Below are positions 28,871 to 38,289 of a stretch of 64,000 nt of DNA, in pieces; within the stretch, counting starts at the first letter, position 1, and every line of letters starts with the position of its first letter. The translations under genes and the position numbers were made by a program. The notes under the pieces were generated by a model. That model ran no database searches. It saw nothing but the letters and a program-made list of their open reading frames with translations, and was not told the origin of the DNA. Location: positions 62,001 to 126,000 of the IMG/VR virus record IMGVR_UViG_3300027782_000027; one strand, written 5' to 3'.

Positions 28871-29659
28871 TTATTTTTTGTATAAAAAATCAGGATATAA
28901 TTCTAAAAATTTATCCATAGATTTTGGTTTATCTTTTGTTATATCAACAATTTCTTTTTTAGCATAATCATCGGTACGATTCCATAAGTCAGTTTGATTT
29001 TTCATTTTACTTTCTATTTCAGAAGGATTACCAACATTATCAATTATCAAAGATGATTCTGCAATATTTTCAACTTTATATCTAATTCTCTCAGGCCCTC
29101 CCATAAAACTATAATGCCATCCTCCGTGAAATTTACTATTATAACCATGTCTTGCGGTATTTCTTAATTGTTGTGGTGACTGAAAAGTTCCGTAATTTGC
29201 CATTATTGGTCCATCCCATAAACAATTTTGTTTACAATTTACATAATAATAATACAAATTTTGTTTAAAAGTTACCCACTCATTATTATCAATATTATTA
29301 ACAATTAAATCAGTATTTGGAATTTCATCTAAATCTGAAACAATTATTTTATCACCTATTGACGCATGGTCAACTAAACCTCTCATTATACAATTTCTTT
29401 GGTAATTTTCAGGCACCCATATATTATCTGAAGAATATACCGGTAAATCCTCAACTTTAACATGTATTATTTTATCAAGATATTCTTTAAAAAGTTCTTT
29501 ATTTTTTTCAAAAATAAATTCTTTAGGATTTCCGGTATGTGTTTTATTAGATTCAACTATTACAAAATAATCTACAACAGGATTTAACTCCATTAATCGT
29601 AGGTGTAATAATTCTATTTCATTAAAAAATTTAAAACAATCAAATATTTTTTTAGACAT
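28871..29659 (-). CDS. GT17 (MGAT3-like) GlcNAc transferase
   Basis: FFNEIELLHLRL...VDYFVIVES..THTG.PK, ENYQRN, SDLDEIP and GWHYS motifs. Confidence 0.8.
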   Translation of the reverse strand: MSKKIFDCFKFFNEIELLHLRLMELNPVVDYFVIVESNKTHTGNPKEFIFEKNKELFKEYLDKIIHVKVEDLPVYSSDNIWVPENYQRNCIMRGLVDHASIGDKIIVSDLDEIPNTDLIVNNIDNNEWVTFKQNLYYYYVNCKQNCLWDGPIMANYGTFQSPQQLRNTARHGYNSKFHGGWHYSFMGGPERIRYKVENIAESSLIIDNVGNPSEIESKMKNQTDLWNRTDDYAKKEIVDITKDKPKSMDKFLELYPDFLYKK

Positions 29660-30455
29660 TATTTATAGAGTATTTATTTTCAATTTTAGTAACATAATTA
29701 AATAAGTAATTATTTTTATTCCACATTTCCCAAAATTTATTATCCATATTTACTCGATTTGTTACTGTCGCATTTTTATCATTTCCGTAATGCCATAAAT
29801 GAAGTGCTACAAAATCATCAATGAACCTAACATTTAATTTAATACGAATTCTATGTATAAATTCATCATCATCAAACGCCACTCCAGATGCAAATCTTTC
29901 GTCAAATCCTCCTAATTCTTTTAAATCTTTTTTAGTTATTGCGGTACAAAAATGATAAGATTTTGGTCGATATAATGAATGATTATACCATCCTTCATCA
30001 CCATCATTAACTACTGATATTTTTCTATACGTTGAGGGGTTAATAAATGATTTAAAATCATTCAGTTGTAACACTGCTGATGTTTGAATTTCACTTAAAG
30101 AATAACAAGCAAATGATAAATAATCATTATCAATCAAATTCTTGTTTACAAAATTTAAAATATCATCTGAATGTAAACATTCAGGATTTTGTATAATAAT
30201 TTTATCACCTAACGCTTGATTAAATCCGATGTTAAAGGGAACACATGGATTTACATACCATTTATCTTTTTTTTCTAATCTAATAATTTTTAAAAAAGGA
30301 AATTCGTTTACCAAATCTTCTAATCTTTCATCTTCGTGACTACAGTCATCAACTGCAATAACTTCAAAATCAGTAAAACTACTTTTTTTAAAACTTTCTA
30401 ATGTTTTAATAAATATTTTTTTTCGATTGTGATATGCGGTAACGATAGAAATCAT
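29652..30455 (-). CDS. GT2-family glycosyltransferase (GT7-like C-terminus)
   Basis: ISIVTAYHNR, VDDCS, LGGFDERF..G.AFDDDEF and HLWH motifs. Confidence 0.85.
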   Translation of the reverse strand: MISIVTAYHNRKKIFIKTLESFKKSSFTDFEVIAVDDCSHEDERLEDLVNEFPFLKIIRLEKKDKWYVNPCVPFNIGFNQALGDKIIIQNPECLHSDDILNFVNKNLIDNDYLSFACYSLSEIQTSAVLQLNDFKSFINPSTYRKISVVNDGDEGWYNHSLYRPKSYHFCTAITKKDLKELGGFDERFASGVAFDDDEFIHRIRIKLNVRFIDDFVALHLWHYGNDKNATVTNRVNMDNKFWEMWNKNNYLFNYVTKIENKYSINNV

Positions 30456-31510
30456 AATTTTTCTTTTAATATTTCAATAATTTTGTCTGATGTTTTACCA
30501 TCTCCTAACCAATCTGTGTTTGAGTTATAATTTGATAGATAATTAAATGAATCAATCCACGAAACATCTAATTCATTTACATTAATCATATATGAACATC
30601 CATACTCAACCGATTCAGGCCTTTCAGTAAAATCTCTCGGTACAATAACTGGAGTGTTAAATAAACAAGGTTCTTCTTGAGCTGTGCCTGAATCTGAAAT
30701 TATAAATTTAGAATGATACATTTCATTTATATAATTTTTAAAAGATAATAAATTAATTACTTTAATATTTTCTAAATCTAAATTAAATTCGGAAATTTTA
30801 TCAATAGTTCTTTTAAATGATAACATTTCAATAGGTATCCCAAATCTTTGGGAACAAATATTAGCGTAGTTTAATATGTTTTTTAAACGTTCCTTACTAT
30901 TAAAATTTTCAGGTCTATGAATATCTAAAATTATTTTATTATTTTTTTTAGATTTATTTAATTCTATTTTATTTGCAACCTCTTTAATTGTATTTCCTAC
31001 AACATAAATTGATTTTGGATTAATTGATTCTCTAATCAATTTTTCTTTGTAATTATCATGATAAACAAATAAAAGGTCACTACAATGGTCACAAACAATT
31101 CTATTAATTTCTTCAAGCATTCTTTTATCGCCCGACCTCATACCCGCCTCAATGTGAGCAATTTTATACCCCTCTTTTTTAAGAGGTACGGATGCTAATG
31201 CTGAATTTGAATCACCTAAAAAAATTATTAAATCAGGATTTATATTTTCGTTACGAATTAAGTCAATTATTTTGACAGATAAGTCTGCCTGTTGATGAAA
31301 ATGTTCTTTTCCATTTGAACCAATCTCTAAATTAAAATCAGGTTTACGTATTGATAACTCATCAAAAAATACATCTGACAACATTTTATCATAATGTTGT
31401 CCAGTATGTACTAATATATGATTAAAATTATTATCTAATTTTTTAAAAATTTCAGACATTCTGATGAAGTCAGGTCTAATACCAGTAATAGTTATAATTG
31501 TTTTTTTCAT
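30452..31510 (-). CDS. wecB: UDP-GlcNAc 2-epimerase (non-hydrolysing)
   Basis: GIRPDFI, HTGQHYD, HIEAGMRS, PEEINR-like and SDSGTAQEE motifs. Confidence 0.93.
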   Translation of the reverse strand: MKKTIITITGIRPDFIRMSEIFKKLDNNFNHILVHTGQHYDKMLSDVFFDELSIRKPDFNLEIGSNGKEHFHQQADLSVKIIDLIRNENINPDLIIFLGDSNSALASVPLKKEGYKIAHIEAGMRSGDKRMLEEINRIVCDHCSDLLFVYHDNYKEKLIRESINPKSIYVVGNTIKEVANKIELNKSKKNNKIILDIHRPENFNSKERLKNILNYANICSQRFGIPIEMLSFKRTIDKISEFNLDLENIKVINLLSFKNYINEMYHSKFIISDSGTAQEEPCLFNTPVIVPRDFTERPESVEYGCSYMINVNELDVSWIDSFNYLSNYNSNTDWLGDGKTSDKIIEILKEKL

Positions 31511-33144
31511 TTGTTTAAAATATCAAGATATGTTTGTCTTATTGTTTTGGAGACATTTGACGATTTAAATTTATTAATATCGTCAGGAATATTAAATAAT
31601 TCTTTATTAATAATGTTTCCTGTATTATCTACATTATATATCCATCCTGGTTTACCACACATCCACCCCTCAATAGTTGTCCTACCTAAAAGTATTCCGG
31701 CAGTTTCAAAACATTTATGAATATATTTGTCCACATCTAATGTGGGCCCGTGAAATTTAACATGAGAATTTTTAGTTATTTCTGAAAGAAAATTTGATTT
31801 GTTTTCACCAACTAACCATAATTCTTTATTGTTTTCTTTAGTGTGGTCAACTAAATCTCTTATAGTTTTTTCTCGTAAATAATCGATTGAACCAACAAAT
31901 AAAACGTAATTTTCAGAATTTAAATTTTTATTAAAAAATTTAGTTTCATCTATCGGATTATAGATAACATCAACCATGTTATCAGGTATATTAAAATTAG
32001 AAATAATGTGTTCTTTAATCTCAGGTCTAATTGCAATGTATTTTTTAATTGATTGATGAACAACTGGATTTTCTAATTCAATAACCTCAGAATGTATTGT
32101 GGATATTTTATTAACATTTGGATATAACATATTCATTATATCAACAATAGGTTTATGTTGACAATGAATGATATCGAAATGTGTCTCTGAAATTTTATAA
32201 TAATTGTTTGGCATTGATGGTTTAGGACCTTCTGGTGTCATTACAATCCATTTACCATCACCTAATTTATATCCCGGTGTTTCTTTTATATTTTTAACTT
32301 TAATCCCTAATTTAGTTGCCATTAACACTAATGGACCATTAGTTTCGGACGCAACAATTGTAACGTCACAGTTTTGTTTTACCAAATTTTTTGCAAGTTC
32401 AAAAACATACATTTCAGAACCTGTAAATTTCTGAAAAAATAAACATGATATTAACACGTTTAACCTACTATCTTCGGTAAACTTTATTTTTTTAGGTAAA
32501 AATTCTGAATATTTCTCAACAAATAAATTTCTATTTTCCTCCCACTTTTCATTCGTCATTCCAATAGATTTATGTGTTAATCTGATATTAGTTAGAACAC
32601 CAATTTTAACATTCTCTAAGAAATTTTTAAAACAAAAATTAACATCATACATGTGAAACCCACTAACCGTCTCATCAAAATTAAATTTAATCTTTTGTTT
32701 GTTAATTGCTATAAAAACACCGTCAACAACAACTACTTCTTTAATATTATTTCCTAATGAATCAGAATATTTTGATTCCCATTTTTTACCCTCAGATTCA
32801 TGATTTACTATACCATACATCTTTGACCTATCTTCCCACCACATTCCACTTATTGGCATTTCTGTTGTACCTGCCATACCAAATATTCCGTAATCAGGAT
32901 TTTTATCAAATTGTTTAACTAATTTTGATGCCCAATTATTTGTGTCAAAATAGATGTCGTCATGACATAATACAATTATATCAAATTTGGATTCAGATAT
33001 AATTTCGTTATAAACCTCAGAAAGATTTTTTTCACCATTATTGACTTTTTCAATAATTTGAACTTTGGGGTGACCCGAAGATTTTTTTAAATACTCTTGA
33101 AATTCTGAGTTAGAATTTCGTGTGCTATATCCTATTGTTATCAT
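31507..33144 (-). CDS. Two-domain glycosyltransferase (GT-A plus GT-B fusion)
   Basis: N-terminal VLCHDD...VDGVF...FHMYD; C-terminal GSEMYV...GRTTIEGWMCG. Confidence 0.8.
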   Translation of the reverse strand: MITIGYSTRNSNSEFQEYLKKSSGHPKVQIIEKVNNGEKNLSEVYNEIISESKFDIIVLCHDDIYFDTNNWASKLVKQFDKNPDYGIFGMAGTTEMPISGMWWEDRSKMYGIVNHESEGKKWESKYSDSLGNNIKEVVVVDGVFIAINKQKIKFNFDETVSGFHMYDVNFCFKNFLENVKIGVLTNIRLTHKSIGMTNEKWEENRNLFVEKYSEFLPKKIKFTEDSRLNVLISCLFFQKFTGSEMYVFELAKNLVKQNCDVTIVASETNGPLVLMATKLGIKVKNIKETPGYKLGDGKWIVMTPEGPKPSMPNNYYKISETHFDIIHCQHKPIVDIMNMLYPNVNKISTIHSEVIELENPVVHQSIKKYIAIRPEIKEHIISNFNIPDNMVDVIYNPIDETKFFNKNLNSENYVLFVGSIDYLREKTIRDLVDHTKENNKELWLVGENKSNFLSEITKNSHVKFHGPTLDVDKYIHKCFETAGILLGRTTIEGWMCGKPGWIYNVDNTGNIINKELFNIPDDINKFKSSNVSKTIRQTYLDILNK

Positions 33145-33710
33145 ATTCCAGTACTACCAAATCCGTTTTCACCACGGTCTTTATCATTTATTTGATTAAC
33201 CTCAACTAAATTAACCCATCGTCCTGTAACACATCTTGCGACAACTGCTTGGGCTACTTTCATTCCCTTTTCAATTTTAAACTCTGACTGATTTGTATTA
33301 AAAATAATAACTTTAATCTCTCCTGTATATCCTTCATCTACGGTACCAGGTGAATTTAAAACCATTAAACCTTGATTAATGGCTAAACCACTTTTTGACC
33401 TAACTTGAACTTCAAAATCTTGAGGTAAATCAAAATATATACCTGTTGGAATTAAGGCTCTACCAAACGGAGGTATAATAATTTCTTCATTTGAATATAA
33501 ATCAAATCCACTATCAGATGGGTAATTGTATTTTAATTTTTTATTATTATTTGATTTATATTTTATAGTGATTTTACCATCAAATATTTTTTCAAAATCA
33601 CCTTCAATTTCACCTATATCTAAATTTAAATTTTTTTCACCTTCATTATCTATTTCTTTTAACATTTTTGAAAGTTCATCTAATTTTATATTAAATTGTT
33701 CTTGATTCAT
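33141..33710 (-). CDS. dut: Trimeric dUTPase
   Basis: SGFDL, RSKSG, GTVDEGYTGE, AQAV and RGENGFGSTG motifs. Confidence 0.95.
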   Translation of the reverse strand: MNQEQFNIKLDELSKMLKEIDNEGEKNLNLDIGEIEGDFEKIFDGKITIKYKSNNNKKLKYNYPSDSGFDLYSNEEIIIPPFGRALIPTGIYFDLPQDFEVQVRSKSGLAINQGLMVLNSPGTVDEGYTGEIKVIIFNTNQSEFKIEKGMKVAQAVVARCVTGRWVNLVEVNQINDKDRGENGFGSTGI

Positions 33711-34405
33711 AAATTTGTTAATTTAATTAAAACTTTTATTAATACCTCAACATCTTTTTCACAATAATCTTGTATCTCTTGGTATTTGTTTTCATTCCAA
33801 AATGCGTTATGGACTTTATTACCTGTTACCTCCATATTTTTAGGACTTTCAATACCAAGAGATACACACATTAATTCTAATGAACTGATAGCTCCAAATT
33901 GTCCGTATTGCCAAATTTCTTTTGTGTCAATCGCTTTAATTTCCCACGGTTTAGTATCGTAAGACGGTAAGATAGATGATGGTAAAATACCATTTATTAA
34001 CATTCTTTTTGCCAATACAGGAATATCAAAATTCTTAAGGTTATGTCCGCAAAGAATAAAACCTAATTTGTCAACACGATTTAATAGTGTGTTAGCGTCT
34101 TTAAGTAATACTTTTTCGTCTGAGTTAAAGAAACTTTGTTTTTTAATATCACCCTTTGGGTCAACAAATCCTACTGAAACACAAACAATTTTAGAAAATT
34201 CAGGAACTAATGCCGCACGGTTAACAAAAATTTCGTCCAAACTTAATTCACTATCTTCAGGAAACCTTTTTTTAAACCAATCTAAATAATTAATAAATTG
34301 AAAATGAAGTTCAGGATAATCCTTTTTGAAATTTTCATAATTACTTGAAACTCCTACAGTTTCAATGTCAATAAATAAGATTTTGTGTAATGGATGCTTT
34401 ATCAT
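33707..34405 (-). CDS. Stand-alone PolB-type 3'-5' exonuclease (DEDDy)
   Basis: FIDIET, GHNLKNFDIP and YCEKDV motifs. Confidence 0.85.
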   Translation of the reverse strand: MIKHPLHKILFIDIETVGVSSNYENFKKDYPELHFQFINYLDWFKKRFPEDSELSLDEIFVNRAALVPEFSKIVCVSVGFVDPKGDIKKQSFFNSDEKVLLKDANTLLNRVDKLGFILCGHNLKNFDIPVLAKRMLINGILPSSILPSYDTKPWEIKAIDTKEIWQYGQFGAISSLELMCVSLGIESPKNMEVTGNKVHNAFWNENKYQEIQDYCEKDVEVLIKVLIKLTNL

Positions 34406-35616
34406 ACGATTGATTTATAAAATTCTGCTCTTGTTTTTGTTACGACATCTAAACTATAGTGTTTAGAAACATGTTCATATAGTCTTTCACCCATATCAAT
34501 TCTCATATTTGGATTTTGGACTAATTTCTTAACATATTTTGCCCAATCACTGTGATTTCTTGCGTCATCGACTAGTAATGCGTTCCCATCAGTAAACTCA
34601 CCATTCTTCATTGCGTGTTTTAAGTCAATTGTATAAGGTCCGTAATTAGTTGCAATTAACGCTTTCTTATAAAAACCTGCTTCAATAACTTTAAGTTGTG
34701 ATTTTACTTTGTTAAACATATGTTGTTTAATTGGTGCCAAAGATATATCAAATTTAGAGTAACTACGGGCGTAAGATGTTACGGGTTTTGTCCAAACTCT
34801 TCTATAAGGTTGGTTTTCCTCATTTTCATATGGTGTTTGAACAAATAATTCTAAATGGTTTTTATATTCAGGTGTAACGATTGAATAATTATTTGTAAAT
34901 ATTTTTTCGTAATCATACCATACGGTTTCGTGTGGTTTAATTGGTCTTCTTGTTTGTTCACCTGTCTGTTGGTTAATTTCTGTCATCATACCGCGAGTAT
35001 CAAAACCACAAACAACAAACTGTAAATTTTTCTGAATATCAGAAAGTTTAGATACCATACCATCAAGTAACATCAAATCATGTAGGTGTGAAGAACCTCC
35101 TAACCACCCAACTCTTACCAAGTCAGATTCTTCAGTCGGTTCATTAAATTGAGCCTCTTTATGGTCAATTGCGTTAGGAAAAATTACAACATTTTTATTA
35201 TGTTTTTTTATTTCATCAGCAAATAACTCAGTTGTTGTAGTTACATATTTTGCTACTTTTAAATTCGCAACAATTTTTTCGTGTATTTTTTCTTGAACGA
35301 TTAGTTGATGAAGTGGGTGTTCTTTACCAGGTAACCAATAGTCATCTAAATCACATACTGTAATAATACCTAAAGCGTTAAGAATTGGAACTATTTGTAC
35401 TGACTTATCCATATCTTGACCAAGAGAACGATGGTAATGTATAATTTGGTAGTTTTTAAAATAATTTAAATTAGTTAAATCAGGATTGAATTCAATATCA
35501 ATGTGAAAATCGTCTCCATATAGAGTTTGTAAATGTGTATGTGGAGTTATTGACCTAAATCTACCGACACCAGTAGTATCAGACGGGACTACTAAAACTT
35601 TTATCTTTTCTTTCAT
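34402..35616 (-). CDS. GT-B fold glycosyltransferase
   Basis: DLDDYW, VGWLGGSSHLHDL, DISLAP and KSQLKVIEAG motifs. Confidence 0.85.
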   Translation of the reverse strand: MKEKIKVLVVPSDTTGVGRFRSITPHTHLQTLYGDDFHIDIEFNPDLTNLNYFKNYQIIHYHRSLGQDMDKSVQIVPILNALGIITVCDLDDYWLPGKEHPLHQLIVQEKIHEKIVANLKVAKYVTTTTELFADEIKKHNKNVVIFPNAIDHKEAQFNEPTEESDLVRVGWLGGSSHLHDLMLLDGMVSKLSDIQKNLQFVVCGFDTRGMMTEINQQTGEQTRRPIKPHETVWYDYEKIFTNNYSIVTPEYKNHLELFVQTPYENEENQPYRRVWTKPVTSYARSYSKFDISLAPIKQHMFNKVKSQLKVIEAGFYKKALIATNYGPYTIDLKHAMKNGEFTDGNALLVDDARNHSDWAKYVKKLVQNPNMRIDMGERLYEHVSKHYSLDVVTKTRAEFYKSIV

Positions 35617-35623
35617 AAGTTAA

Positions 35624-35652
35624 ATGATAATCAAAAATAAAAGATATTTCAA
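35624..35652 (-). promoter_or_regulatory. Sigma70-type promoter TTGAAA-N17-TATCAT heading the glycosylation operon
   Basis: -35 at 35652-35647 and -10 at 35629-35624, just upstream of ATG 35616. Confidence 0.6.
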
Positions 35653-35660
35653 CAATAATA

Positions 35661-35684
35661 AAAAAAAAGTCCCATAAGGGACTT
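35661..35684 (-). terminator. Rho-independent terminator
   Basis: AAGTCCC-loop-GGGACTT followed by a T-tract on the minus strand, after the 35705 stop. Confidence 0.75.
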
Positions 35685-35704
35685 CTATAATTTTTTAGGT
35701 TTTT

Positions 35705-36286
35705 TTATTGGAGTTTTTTAACTTTAGATATTTTACCTTCAAATATATGTTTACCAACTTTGATTGTCATAATTTCATTAGATTTTTGAGTTGATTCAAC
35801 CATTAATCCATTTTCAGTTAATACCTCCTCAACAGTTTCTCTAACAATTTTTCTTATGTCATTAGCACTTAATCCAATACCACTATTTGAAGGTTGATGT
35901 TGAGGTTGTGGTTTGTTTTCTACAACAGTTTCTTTACGGGTGCCCATTAATCTTGACGCCTTTTCAATAATATCATCTGATATTGTTGCTTGATATTGTT
36001 GAGCTTGTTGAATTGGGTGTTCCATCATTAACCTTTTAATTGCGTCAGGTAATTTAGAATTTTTTATTCTATCTTCAGTTATTACTGCCGTAGATGCTTT
36101 TGGTGTTTGAGGAGATGAAGACAAATACTCTTCAGGTATGTTATAAGTTGACGGGATTGGAGTCTCATCATATTCTCTAACTAATTGTTGTTGATTTGAT
36201 TTTTTAGGTGTTACACCTCTATCCATATCATTATGTCTATCCATTATCTGTTTAGACACCATTAATTTCTGCATTAAATCATTCAT
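35705..36286 (-). CDS. Hypothetical late protein
   Basis: 193-aa ORF; contains IRKIVRETVEEVLTE. Confidence 0.75.
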   Translation of the reverse strand: MNDLMQKLMVSKQIMDRHNDMDRGVTPKKSNQQQLVREYDETPIPSTYNIPEEYLSSSPQTPKASTAVITEDRIKNSKLPDAIKRLMMEHPIQQAQQYQATISDDIIEKASRLMGTRKETVVENKPQPQHQPSNSGIGLSANDIRKIVRETVEEVLTENGLMVESTQKSNEIMTIKVGKHIFEGKISKVKKLQ

Positions 36287-36671
36287 TTTCTAATTCAAAT
36301 TTTGTACAAACTTTTAATCCTACCATTCCTTTATCATCAGGATTATAATTTGGTCTGATTACGTCAAATTTATCTCTAGGGTCTACTGAAAAGTTACCTA
36401 TTCTATCAATCCTAAATAATCTCCACCCCGGTAATGGTTGGTCACCAATTTGTGCGGTGTGAGACGCTCCTTCTCTTTCCCATGCTCTTATTACTTTATT
36501 TCCTCTTTTTGAGGTTCCGTAACAAAAAGGTTCAATTACACGAAGTCCTTTACCCCCATTATCTTTACCATTGTAGTAAATTGTAACCAAATTTCTATTT
36601 TTAATAGCATTGGTTATTTCATCGCTACTAGCTTCAAAAATAAGTTGTTTTATTACGTTGTAAAGCTTCAT
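36279..36671 (-). CDS. Stand-alone WYL-domain protein
   Basis: VTIYY...R.IEP...Y...IRAW...WRLFRIDRI motif. Confidence 0.8.
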   Translation of the reverse strand: MKLYNVIKQLIFEASSDEITNAIKNRNLVTIYYNGKDNGGKGLRVIEPFCYGTSKRGNKVIRAWEREGASHTAQIGDQPLPGWRLFRIDRIGNFSVDPRDKFDVIRPNYNPDDKGMVGLKVCTKFELENE

Positions 36672-36961
36672 TCTGCAGATGGAAACTGATATGGTTTACT
36701 TGAGTTAAATTTATTAATTTTAATATCGTCTTTTCTTTCGATTTGGTCTTGTCTTGAACCTCCATTTGCGACATCTAAGAAAATACCTGTTCCTTTTCCT
36801 TTATCATCCCCATCAGCAATTGCGTCAGGATTTGTAACCCCATATTCATTTTTTTCGGGTTTGTAGTCATTTCTAACTATTAAATCTTTTCTAATTTTAT
36901 CAGCAATTGTTGATAAATTATTTGATGGTTGTTCTAAATTTATTGGGTCTTTTGATGCCAT
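36668..36961 (-). CDS. Hypothetical late protein
   Basis: 97-aa ORF overlapping its neighbour. Confidence 0.7.
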   Translation of the reverse strand: MASKDPINLEQPSNNLSTIADKIRKDLIVRNDYKPEKNEYGVTNPDAIADGDDKGKGTGIFLDVANGGSRQDQIERKDDIKINKFNSSKPYQFPSAE

Positions 36962-36965
36962 AATT

Positions 36966-37376
36966 TTATAATTTTTTCATTATTTCGTTTATTCTTTTTA
37001 AACTATCAACCACTTCTTGGTCATAGTTTTCGTATAATTTTGAATGTGGTTTATTCGTTATATTTCTTGGGTCACTCTTTTGGTGAGCAGATAAAAATTG
37101 GTTTTGCATACCTGAATCGCTAGCATCTCTTTTTTGTCTATGAACACTTCCTCTATCTGAACCTAAATTTTGTGTGATAAAAGATTTTAAAGTACTCAAA
37201 TTTTTATCACCAAATTTACCATTATCAATATCGTGAAGTATTTTTTTCATATTTTGATATGTTAAATAACCATTTGTAAAAATATTATGAATAGTTCTTT
37301 CATCTTTAAAATTTTCTAAAGACGTTAATACGTTGTGTGGGACTTGGTATTGGTTCCCGTACATTTCACTATTCAT
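36966..37376 (-). CDS. Hypothetical late protein
   Basis: 136-aa ORF in the operon. Confidence 0.7.
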   Translation of the reverse strand: MNSEMYGNQYQVPHNVLTSLENFKDERTIHNIFTNGYLTYQNMKKILHDIDNGKFGDKNLSTLKSFITQNLGSDRGSVHRQKRDASDSGMQNQFLSAHQKSDPRNITNKPHSKLYENYDQEVVDSLKRINEIMKKL

Positions 37377-38242
37377 TTCTTCAGTATTTTTACCAAGTCA
37401 TTTATTTCAATACCTTCTTTATCTGCTAATTTTTTAATATTTTCTAAATTTTTTGTCAAAATTTTACTTAAACCTGTTTTTTTTGAGATATCTTTATCTG
37501 AAGATTTTTTTTTCATAACAATATCTTCCACCATCTTTCTCATCATTTCTTTTTTTTCTTCTTCTAAATTTTCTTTTTCGGAAATTGTCATTCTATCAAT
37601 AAAACCTTTTTGTTTTCTAATTTTTTTAGGAACCATCTCTAATTTTCTTCTATGTTTTTTAACATCAGGTTCTTTACCTTGTTGTCTTGTTCTATCTGCT
37701 GCTTCATCTTTATCTAATCCTAATTCTTTAACAAATGTTTTAAAAGTTTCAGGACCGTTTTTGTCTTTTGTTTCTTCATATCCGAATGCATCTGAAAAAT
37801 CTGTTTCATTAATTACCTCGTCAGTCTCTTCTTCACCCTCACCCCAATACACACGATATCCACGAGTAATAGGGTTGTTTGTTTGTCTTGTAGCAACGAC
37901 CTCTTGGTCCATTGTACCCTTTGGTGAAAGGTATGGGTTATGTATTTGAATTTTTGAACTTAAAAAAGAACCGTCATAGTCAACTAATTCTCCAAGCTCG
38001 TCTTTCTTTTTTGTTAGAGTTTTTTTAACGTCAGAATTATTTTTTAATTTTTTTTCTTTTTGAATCTTTGAAATTGTTTTTTCAACCTCTCTTCTATTTT
38101 TTTTATCAAATTTTACAATCTCATCTTTCTTTCTAGCTTCACTTAAAGTGTTGCTGACACTAAAATAAACGGAAATAGTATCTTTACCCTCTTTGATATA
38201 GAAGTAATAAGGTGACAAAAAATATTCTTTATTAAATTCCAT
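37373..38242 (-). CDS. Hypothetical K/E-rich late protein
   Basis: 289-aa ORF with a late motif upstream. Confidence 0.75.
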   Translation of the reverse strand: MEFNKEYFLSPYYFYIKEGKDTISVYFSVSNTLSEARKKDEIVKFDKKNRREVEKTISKIQKEKKLKNNSDVKKTLTKKKDELGELVDYDGSFLSSKIQIHNPYLSPKGTMDQEVVATRQTNNPITRGYRVYWGEGEEETDEVINETDFSDAFGYEETKDKNGPETFKTFVKELGLDKDEAADRTRQQGKEPDVKKHRRKLEMVPKKIRKQKGFIDRMTISEKENLEEEKKEMMRKMVEDIVMKKKSSDKDISKKTGLSKILTKNLENIKKLADKEGIEINDLVKILKK

Positions 38243-38256
38243 TTGGTATTTTACAT

Positions 38257-38263
38257 ATAAATA
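38257..38263 (-). promoter_or_regulatory. TATTTAT putative late promoter (divergent pair)
   Basis: Upstream of the 38242 start. Confidence 0.65.
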
Positions 38264-38275
38264 CTTTGATTTAAC

Positions 38276-38282
38276 TATTTAT
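38276..38282 (+). promoter_or_regulatory. TATTTAT putative late promoter (divergent pair)
   Basis: 7 nt before ATG 38290. Confidence 0.65.
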
Positions 38283-38289
38283 CAATAGA

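Noticed and set aside
18098-35616. Glycosylation block as host contamination or a recently acquired host O-antigen locus
   Set aside because: It is overlap-coupled to phage-type genes (phoH, dut, exonuclease, sigma), has similar composition and GATC avoidance where read, and lacks flippase or polymerase genes. Read mapping would settle it.
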